Shown here: positions 1 to 6,644 of the stretch, piece after piece
Layout: each line of letters starts with the position of its first letter
Position numbering within the stretch: position 1 is the first letter of the stretch
NCBI GenBank assembly: GCA_963851415.1
Contig: CAWKPF010000002.1
Span: 4,438,239 to 4,502,238, forward strand
From: an uncultured Acidobacteriota bacterium
GTDB taxonomy: Bacteria; Acidobacteriota; Thermoanaerobaculia; Multivoradales; Multivoraceae
Direction: 5' to 3'
Length of the DNA stretch: 64,000 nucleotides
The notes under the pieces: model-generated
The model's database searches: none
What the model was told of the DNA's origin: nothing
What the model saw: only the letters and a program-made list of their open reading frames with translations
Made by a program: the position numbers and the translations under genes

Positions 1-1757
1 GCGTAGCGCTCTCGCCTGAGCTCGACCAGAGCGAGTGTCTCGAGAGCGACGGGGTGGCGGCTGTCGAGCTCGAGGGCGCGCTCGAGCGCCCGGGTCGCGG
101 CTTCCTGGGCGCCGCTCTCGGAGAGCACCAGCCCGTAGACCTGGTAGGTGTCCGGGTCGTCGTCGAGATGGTCGCGCAGGATGGCGACGGCACGATCGGG
201 CTGGCCGACCTCGGCCAGGGTGAGGGCCAGTTGACGCAGCAGGGTGGCGCCCTGCACACCTCGCTCGTACGCCGCCAACATCCCGTCGAGGGCCTCGGTG
301 ACCCTGCCCTGCTCGAGCAGGGCCTGGGCGAGGTGATACTGAGCGGTCGCCATCTGCGGTTGTGCCGTGGCGACCTCGCGTGCCACTGCGGTCGCTTCCT
401 TCAGGCGGCCGGTGTGGAAGAGCTCGATGTAGCGATGAATCTGGTGGTCGATCTCGACCAGGTTCTTGGGGTCGTCCGCGGCTGTGAACGTCGTGCGGTC
501 GCTGTCCTCGGATGTGGTCAGGTAGCCCAGGGCGGCCAGTTGGCGCTCCTCCTCGGGGGAGATCCGTCCACGTCGCGGCGGCCACTCCGACTCGGCGGGC
601 AGCGCGGCCGCGAGCTCGTCGATCTCGGCGGCGTGGGCGCCCGGTGCGGTCTGTGCCAGGTTGGTCGTCTCGTCAGGGTCCCGCTCGAGGTCGTACAGCT
701 CGCGGATCGGGAGGTCGATGTACTTGCGCTCCGCGCGCACCACTCCGCGCAGCGGGGCCCAGCCTCGGGTCAGGTTGGCGTTCAGGGTCTCGAAGGGATG
801 GATCCGATCGACGGGCAGCGGCCCGAGCAGGGATCTGCCGGGGAGGTCCTGTGGAATGGTCACGCCGGCGGCCGCGAGCAGGGTGGGCAGCACGTCGACA
901 TGGCCGGCCGGCTCCTCGACCCGAGCGGGCGCGAGGCCGCGCTGCCAGAGCAGCAGCGGAACCCGGAGGGTGGACTCGTAGGCGAACAGGCCATGGGTGA
1001 GCTCGCCGTGATCCCCCAGGCTCTCTCCGTGATCAGCGGTGATGACCAGAGCGATCGGCGGGGCGCCGTCGGCGGTGAGCTCGTCGAGGAGCGGCGCCAG
1101 GTAGTGATCGACGGCAGCGACCTCGCCCAGGTAGGGATCGTCTGCGAAGCGCTCGGCAAACGGCGCGGCCGGAGCATAGGGGGCGTGCGGATCGAACAGG
1201 TGCAGCCACAGGAAGCGCCGCTCGCCGGAGTGGGCTCTCCACCACTCGAGTCCGCTCGCCACCACCTCGGAGCCCGGCCGCTCCGCGAGATCGAAGCCGG
1301 TCTGGGAGCCTTCCGGGTAGCGGTCGTCGTAGAGGTCGAAGCCCCGCGCCAGCCCGAAGCGGGCGTCCAGAGGGAAGGCGCCGACCACCGCGGCCGTGGC
1401 GAAACCGGCGGCGCGAAAGAGCGTCGCCGCGGTCGGGATCTCTTCGCCCAGGGTGAAGCCGGCGTTGTCGCGCACTCCGTGCTGCCACGGATAGCTCCCG
1501 GTGAGCAGATTGGCGTGCGACGGCAGCGTCATCACGTTGTGGGCGCGTGCCCGGTCGAAGACGCGAGAGCGCGCCGCCAGCCGGTCCAGGTTGGGGGTCC
1601 GCGCCCGCTCGTTGCCGGCGAAGCCGAGCGCGTCGGCCCGCAGGGTGTCGATGGTGATCAGGACGACGCTGCTGGCCGCCGGCCTCTCCTCCACGCCCGC
1701 CGCCGGAACCGCGACGAGGCAGGTGACCAGAGTCGCCGTGATTCCGACGCGACGCAC
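1..1757 (-). CDS. Sulfatase-fold (alkaline-phosphatase superfamily) enzyme fused to C-terminal TPR repeats. Partial: the C-terminus runs off the window start. Predicted GTG start at 1757 followed by a signal peptide (RRVGITATLVTCLVAVPAAG).
   Basis: Reverse-complement translation gives an open frame from the GTG at 1755-1757 to the window edge with no stop, which is why it is missing from the ORF track. It contains sulfatase-family blocks (VVLITIDTLRADALG, ITADHGESLGDHGELTHGLFAYESTLRVPLL). Its C-terminal half is TPR-like, and it is paralogous to the CDS at 18223..20308. The plus-strand ORF 54..1769 is its antisense artefact. Confidence 0.8.
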   Translation of the reverse strand, partial: MRRVGITATLVTCLVAVPAAGVEERPAASSVVLITIDTLRADALGFAGNERARTPNLDRLAARSRVFDRARAHNVMTLPSHANLLTGSYPWQHGVRDNAGFTLGEEIPTAATLFRAAGFATAAVVGAFPLDARFGLARGFDLYDDRYPEGSQTGFDLAERPGSEVVASGLEWWRAHSGERRFLWLHLFDPHAPYAPAAPFAERFADDPYLGEVAAVDHYLAPLLDELTADGAPPIALVITADHGESLGDHGELTHGLFAYESTLRVPLLLWQRGLAPARVEEPAGHVDVLPTLLAAAGVTIPQDLPGRSLLGPLPVDRIHPFETLNANLTRGWAPLRGVVRAERKYIDLPIRELYDLERDPDETTNLAQTAPGAHAAEIDELAAALPAESEWPPRRGRISPEEERQLAALGYLTTSEDSDRTTFTAADDPKNLVEIDHQIHRYIELFHTGRLKEATAVAREVATAQPQMATAQYHLAQALLEQGRVTEALDGMLAAYERGVQGATLLRQLALTLAEVGQPDRAVAILRDHLDDDPDTYQVYGLVLSESGAQEAATRALERALELDSRHPVALETLALVELRRERY

Positions 1758-1846
1758 CGCGCCCCGTAGGGAAGGAGATCTCCCGAGTGTGTCGCCTCGC
1801 CGAAGGGGGCGCAATGGCTTCTCCTCTCCAGAGCGCCCGGGGCGCC

Positions 1847-2857
1847 CTACTGGGATTGGAGGTACTCGAGAAACTGCTTGGCCTCGGCGGCGTTCGGGTG
1901 ATCGGGAGCGATCTCCAGCATCTTCTGGAAATCCGCGATGGCCTCGGCGTTGCTGGCCTTGCCGAGGTAGACGAGACCGCGATAGTAGTACGGCTCGGGG
2001 AGATCGGGATACTCGGCGACGATGAGATCGAAGTCGGCGAGAGCGCCGTCGAGGTCGTTGGCGTTGTACTTCTGGATCCCCTGGTTGAGCAGCGCGTTGG
2101 GGTCGACCTTCTGTCCTTCGGGAAGGCGCGCCATGTACTGCTCGGCCTCCTCCTGGCGGCCTTCGTTGACCAGGACACTCGAGATCAAGGTGAGCGATTC
2201 GACGTGGTCCGGATCGATCGCCAGACCCTTCTCCAGGGCTGCGAGAGTCGCTTCGGTGTTGCCCTCCTGGAAGTGAGTCTTGGCCAGGGTCAGGTAGAGG
2301 TCGGGGTGCTTCGAGGCGTCCAACTGCCCCATGGCCTCTTCGATCAGCCCCCGTGCCCCGGCGTAGTCCCCCTGCTCGATCAGGGCTCCGGCCTGCGAGA
2401 GGGTTGCCGTCGCGGCGGCTGCCGCTGCGGCCGCGGCTGCCGCCGCCGCGTCGTCGCCGCCGCCGGTGGCTGCGACGGCCGAGAGCGTCAGGAGCTTGGT
2501 GTGGATCGTCTCGTTGTTGCCGAACTCGCTCACCGGGAAGGTCCCGACCGATTCCTCGTAGCCGTCCAGTTGGATGGTGACCTGCCAGGGACCGCCGCCC
2601 AGCCCGAGGTAGCTCCAACGTCCCTTCTTGTTGGTCGTCAGGGGGTCGGGCCCCTTGTCGGTGTCGGGACGGCGCAGGGTGACGGTGGCTCCCTCGACGG
2701 GGTTGCCGTCGCCGTCGACCACCGCACCCTGCACTCTGCCCCGCCCGCTCCAGTCCTGGGCGGAGACGGGAGTGGCCAGGGCGATCAGGAGCGCCAACAT
2801 GCTGAGCCACAGCAGGGAGTTCTCGGGGGCGCGAGCGCGCAACGATTTCCTTGTCAT
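1847..2857 (-). CDS. Secreted protein with N-terminal carboxypeptidase-regulatory-like (CarbopepD_reg) beta-sandwich, poly-Ala/Thr linker and C-terminal TPR repeats.
   Basis: ORF 1847..2896 with three in-frame ATGs at 2896, 2878 and 2857. The ATG at 2857 has a Shine-Dalgarno-like sequence (aaggtagg) and is followed directly by the signal peptide LLWLSMLALLIALATPVSAQ. The CarbopepD_reg-like block is GRVQGAVVDGDGNPVEGATVTL...GGGPWQVTIQLDGYE. A run of 13 Ala follows, then TPR-like helices (AGARGLIEEAM..., YYYRGLVYLGKASNAEAIADFQKMLEIAPDH). Confidence 0.8.
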   Translation of the reverse strand: MTRKSLRARAPENSLLWLSMLALLIALATPVSAQDWSGRGRVQGAVVDGDGNPVEGATVTLRRPDTDKGPDPLTTNKKGRWSYLGLGGGPWQVTIQLDGYEESVGTFPVSEFGNNETIHTKLLTLSAVAATGGGDDAAAAAAAAAAAAATATLSQAGALIEQGDYAGARGLIEEAMGQLDASKHPDLYLTLAKTHFQEGNTEATLAALEKGLAIDPDHVESLTLISSVLVNEGRQEEAEQYMARLPEGQKVDPNALLNQGIQKYNANDLDGALADFDLIVAEYPDLPEPYYYRGLVYLGKASNAEAIADFQKMLEIAPDHPNAAEAKQFLEYLQSQ

Positions 2858-3020
2858 CGAGGGCCTACCTTCGGTCATGTTTGGGGGAGAAGGCATGTCG
2901 CCTCTCCCTCGAGGAGAACGTGTCGGGACTCTATAACAGGATGGCGAGCCGACGCAGTGCCCGAGTCGCCAGGAAAGTGCCGGGGAAGCGCCGGGAGAGC
3001 GCGGGAGACAGGGGCTCCGC

Positions 3021-3059
3021 AGACAAAGAAAAAGCCCCGAGCCGTGAGGCCCGGGGCTT
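3021..3059 (-). terminator. Rho-independent terminator downstream of TBDR paralog 1.
   Basis: On the minus strand there is an 8-bp GC stem (aagccccg/cggggctt, plus coordinates 3032-3059) with a short inner gcc/ggc pair, followed by a T-tract (cTTTTTCTTTGtct, complement of 3021-3031). It lies 50 nt after the stop at 3112. Confidence 0.55.
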
Positions 3060-3111
3060 TCTACCAGAGGCTGGAGGCGCTGGGCGCCTCAGCCTCGATC
3101 GGTCACTCGAC

Positions 3112-6054
3112 CTACTTCCAGCTCAGACGAACGCCGAGGCGGTAGATCCGCGGGCTGACGTTGTCGGCCAGCCAGTAGATGTTCGATGCCGCCAGGTTGC
3201 GGTTGCGCGACATCGCTGCCCCGGTGTTGGTGATGTTGAACGCGTCGATCCCGAAGGTCATGTTGACCGGGCCGGTCAGGTTGAACTCCTTCTCGAGGCG
3301 CAGATCGATGGTCGTCAGGTTCGGCAGGCGGTAGTCAGTGAAGTCGTTGACCACACTGATGCTCCGGTTCTGACCGTCCGAGGTGACCAACTGGTCGAAG
3401 TAGGGCAGCGGGTAGCCCTCGCGGGAGGTGAGCGCACCGGAGACGTTGAAGCCCCAGGGACGATCCGGCATGACCTGGTAGAGACCGGTCAGGTTCGCCG
3501 ACCAGGTCGACTGCAGGAAGCGCTCACCCTTGCCAGAGCCGGTCGAGCGCTCGACGTAGGTCTGGCCGTCGACATCGCCACCATTGCTGGCCGGGTTCGG
3601 ATTGCTGTTCCGCTCGTAGTCGAGCGGCACGTCCCACTCGGCCTTGCCGTAGTTGAAGTAGCCGCGCATCATCCAGCGGTTGGCGAGGCGCTTGGTGAAG
3701 TTGAACGCTCCACCGAAGTAGTCCCGCTTGCGCGAGCCGTTCAAGAGCAGCGAGCCGCCCGTGAAGTCGAAGTCGTCGCGCAGTGCGTACACCGGGATGC
3801 TGAAGTTCCGCGCAGCGCCGCCCGCGTTGCGGTCGTCGATGCTGCCATTCAGGGTCCCGTCCTGGACGTAGTCGTCGGCATTGATGGTGCGGATCCCGCC
3901 ACCGCCGTCGCGCAGGTAGTCCCGCTCCTCTTCGATGTCCTTCACCTGGCGAGCCGTGAGCGTCAGGCCGATCACGAACTCGGGCAGGAGGGCGTGCTCG
4001 ACGCTTGCCACCAGCTCGGTGGTGAGCGGTGCTTCGAGTCCGCCATCGGTCACGTTCGCACCCACGAGCGAGGTCGGATTCTGCGGATCGAAGTTGTCCG
4101 CGGCATCGACCCGGTTCGGATCGTTGAGCTCGCTACCGTCACCGGTGTAGGGACCGTCGACATAGGGGTCGAGCGCGAAGTACGCGTAGGCCGTACCCGC
4201 CGGGTTGGTCCGGTTGACCGTGCCCGCGGACAGCTGGTCAGCGAACTGCGCCAGGCTGGCACGAATCAGGGTGTCGCGCTCGCTGCCGAGGGCATAGGTC
4301 ACACCCAGACGCGGGGCGAGGTTCGTCCAGGCGAACTCGGAGCCCTTGCCGGGGTAGTTGATGTCCGGCAGCACGTTGGGAACCATCGCGTTGCCCGGAA
4401 CCGTCGCGGCCAGCTGCTTGCCCTTCTGGTCGTCCCAGCGGAGACCGGCGTTGAAGGTGAAGCGACCCATGCTGATGGTGTCCTGGGCCCACAGCGAGAA
4501 GTAGTCCAACTTCGTCGGAGTGGCGACGCCGCGCTGGGCGACCACGAAGTGGGTGCTGGTCGTGTTGTAGGTGAAGATGTTCCTACCCGGCCAGAGGAAC
4601 GCACTCTGGGTCTCGTAGCTGCGGAAGCGGCCACCGACCTTGAGCTCGTGGTTGGTGTTGCCCGTGTTGAAGAAGTACGAGGCGTCGGCCTTGAACTCCT
4701 CGGTCGGGGCAGACGCGCTGCCGGACTGGTAGTTGTCCTGCCACACGCCATCACTGCGGCGCCAGGACTCGGGGTTTCCGGGGCCGACACCGGCCTTGGC
4801 GGCCAGCGCGAAGCCGGTGTCGCCGAGCGCGTAGGTGCCGGTCAGGAAGAAGTTCGACGAGAACACGTGGGTGTCCTCGAAGCGGTAGAACGCGGTCGGA
4901 CCACGCTGGTTCCAGGTCGTGGCGTCGGGACGGGTCGTGCCCGCGCCGCGGCCGAACTTCTGCTTGTCGCCGTTGTTCCACGAAGCGACGAAGCTGTTCG
5001 CCTGGGTGAACTGGGCGTTGGCCTTGAGCGACGTGTTCTCGAGGATGGTGTCGTCGGCAGTACCGGAGGAAGCGTTCTGCTGGATGTCGTTCTGACCCCA
5101 GGAGCCCCACATCCAGAAGCGGTCACGCACCACGGCGCCACCGGCCTCGAAACCCATCTCCTCGATCTCACGAATCTGGGCGCCGACGTAGCTCTCGGGA
5201 GACTGGTTCGGGCCCAGGTCACTCTCGCTGACGTTGACGTCGGCCTGCTTGAGGGCGCCGCCGAAGTAGCCGTTGGCCTTGGTGTTGAAGAACCGCGCGG
5301 AGCCGCGGAACTCGTTGGAGCCGCGCTTGGTCACCAGGTTCACGCCCACGCCGGAGGTGGTCTTGGTGACGTCCGTGCCGCCGGTGGTGAACTGCATCTC
5401 GGCGAACTGATCGAAGTCGAAGTACGACGTCGAAGCGCCAATGGCGCGCATGTCGGTGATCTGGACACCGTCCATCGCGAAGTCGTTCTCCGAGCCGCTC
5501 ACGCCCTGGGCGCGGAACGCGGACTGCTGACCGGACTCGCTGCCCCCGACGTTGACGCGGTCGACGAGCACGCCGGGCGTCTGTCCGACGATGGCCCAGG
5601 GGTCACGAGCCGACGGAATGCGCTCGAGCTCGACCTGGGTCACGGTAGTGCCCTGGGAGAGCTGGCGCTCGTCCAGGAGCGGGCTCTCGGAGGTCACGGT
5701 GATGGTCTCTTCCACTGCGGCCTGGAGGACCAGCGGAATCGTGGTGTTGCGGCCGATGCGGACCTCGACACCGGGATACTCGACCTTGCCGAAGCCCTCG
5801 AGCTCTGCCTTCAGCGTGAAGACGCCCGGGTCGAGCGCCAGGAAGCGGAACTGCCCCTGGGCGTCGGTGATCTGCATCTTGTCGGCGCCGATGCCCTCGA
5901 TGCTCACGGTGACGCCCGGAAGGGCCTCGCCGTCGGCGTCGGTGACGGTGCCGTAGACGTTGCCGGTCGGGGACTGCGCGAGCGCGAGACCGGCGACCAG
6001 CGACAGGATAGCGCCGAGGATCAGGATCCGGCGCCAGCTGTTGAGATTACTCAT
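3112..6054 (-). CDS. TonB-dependent receptor-like outer-membrane beta-barrel protein with N-terminal carboxypeptidase-regulatory-like domain (paralog 1).
   Basis: Start ATG at 6054 preceded by aggaga. Signal peptide MSNLNSWRRILILGAILSLVAGLALAQ. CarbopepD_reg block NVYGTVTDADGEALPGVTVSIEG...FRF. TBDR plug-like block ETITVTSESPLLDERQLSQGTTVTQVELERIPSARDPWAIVGQTPGVLVDRVNVGGSESGQQ, then about 800 aa of barrel-like sequence. The ORF track extends to 6096, but the ATG at 6054 with SD and signal peptide is preferred. Confidence 0.88.
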   Translation of the reverse strand: MSNLNSWRRILILGAILSLVAGLALAQSPTGNVYGTVTDADGEALPGVTVSIEGIGADKMQITDAQGQFRFLALDPGVFTLKAELEGFGKVEYPGVEVRIGRNTTIPLVLQAAVEETITVTSESPLLDERQLSQGTTVTQVELERIPSARDPWAIVGQTPGVLVDRVNVGGSESGQQSAFRAQGVSGSENDFAMDGVQITDMRAIGASTSYFDFDQFAEMQFTTGGTDVTKTTSGVGVNLVTKRGSNEFRGSARFFNTKANGYFGGALKQADVNVSESDLGPNQSPESYVGAQIREIEEMGFEAGGAVVRDRFWMWGSWGQNDIQQNASSGTADDTILENTSLKANAQFTQANSFVASWNNGDKQKFGRGAGTTRPDATTWNQRGPTAFYRFEDTHVFSSNFFLTGTYALGDTGFALAAKAGVGPGNPESWRRSDGVWQDNYQSGSASAPTEEFKADASYFFNTGNTNHELKVGGRFRSYETQSAFLWPGRNIFTYNTTSTHFVVAQRGVATPTKLDYFSLWAQDTISMGRFTFNAGLRWDDQKGKQLAATVPGNAMVPNVLPDINYPGKGSEFAWTNLAPRLGVTYALGSERDTLIRASLAQFADQLSAGTVNRTNPAGTAYAYFALDPYVDGPYTGDGSELNDPNRVDAADNFDPQNPTSLVGANVTDGGLEAPLTTELVASVEHALLPEFVIGLTLTARQVKDIEEERDYLRDGGGGIRTINADDYVQDGTLNGSIDDRNAGGAARNFSIPVYALRDDFDFTGGSLLLNGSRKRDYFGGAFNFTKRLANRWMMRGYFNYGKAEWDVPLDYERNSNPNPASNGGDVDGQTYVERSTGSGKGERFLQSTWSANLTGLYQVMPDRPWGFNVSGALTSREGYPLPYFDQLVTSDGQNRSISVVNDFTDYRLPNLTTIDLRLEKEFNLTGPVNMTFGIDAFNITNTGAAMSRNRNLAASNIYWLADNVSPRIYRLGVRLSWK

Positions 6055-6544
6055 TCCCTTTTTCTCTCCTAATTCGGATGAGGGAGCCGGCCACACGCTG
6101 GCCCCACGGTTACTTCGGTGGTTCGGAACTTTTATTCCTCCGAAACCTTGCCTGGGGGGTTCATCCCCTGATGGTTGGCTTTGGTCCCGGTGGCTTGGAG
6201 ATCCATCCCACCTGTTTCGAGTTGCTCGATACTAAGGCAAGGTCGATGCCAGATCGGCCACTTCACGACACGATCTCGCAAGTCGAGGCAGGGACGGGAG
6301 TTGGGACGATCTGCGGTAGCCCTCGGCGTCAAACTGACGCGGGGAGAGGCGGCGAACAATTCAGAAAAATGGAGGGAGTCTTCATCCGGCCGGATTTCGA
6401 TCCCGGAATCCAGGCGTTTGATCCCGGCTCCGTAGCGAGAGGTCCCCGTGGAGCGAAAATCGAGCGGAATGTCGGTGGGGGGCCCGATCGCCGTCCTGCG
6501 TCGCGGGGTCGCACACCGGTGAGACGACCACCTCCGCCACGGCA

Positions 6545-6588
6545 AGGGAACAAAAGAAAGAGCCCCGGGGCCTTGCGGCACCGGGGCT
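6545..6588 (-). terminator. Rho-independent terminator downstream of TBDR paralog 2.
   Basis: 9-bp stem gagccccgg/ccggggctc (6559-6588) with a 12-nt loop, followed on the minus strand by tcTTTcTTTTgTTccc. Same architecture as the terminator at 3021-3059. Confidence 0.55.
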
Positions 6589-6644
6589 CGTGAGCCGGAG
6601 CGGCGAGATCGGGTCTCGCTCGCTCCGAAAGGGTCTCGCGACCT

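Noticed and set aside
54-1769. 571-aa plus-strand ORF at the window start
   Set aside because: It is antisense to the real sulfatase-fold/TPR gene, whose reverse-strand translation gives clean family motifs. The plus-strand product is V/G/L/E/R-rich, has no signal or motif and no RBS, and is typical GC-rich antisense noise. The same applies to 512..1000, 661..981, 1033..2178 (minus, frame-shifted S/T/P-rich) and 1501..2025.
2851-6072. 1073-aa plus-strand ORF (and the 8187..9623 plus-strand ORF)
   Set aside because: Both are antisense to the two TonB-dependent receptor genes. Their products are low-complexity and V/G/R/E/A-rich, and nothing supports them.
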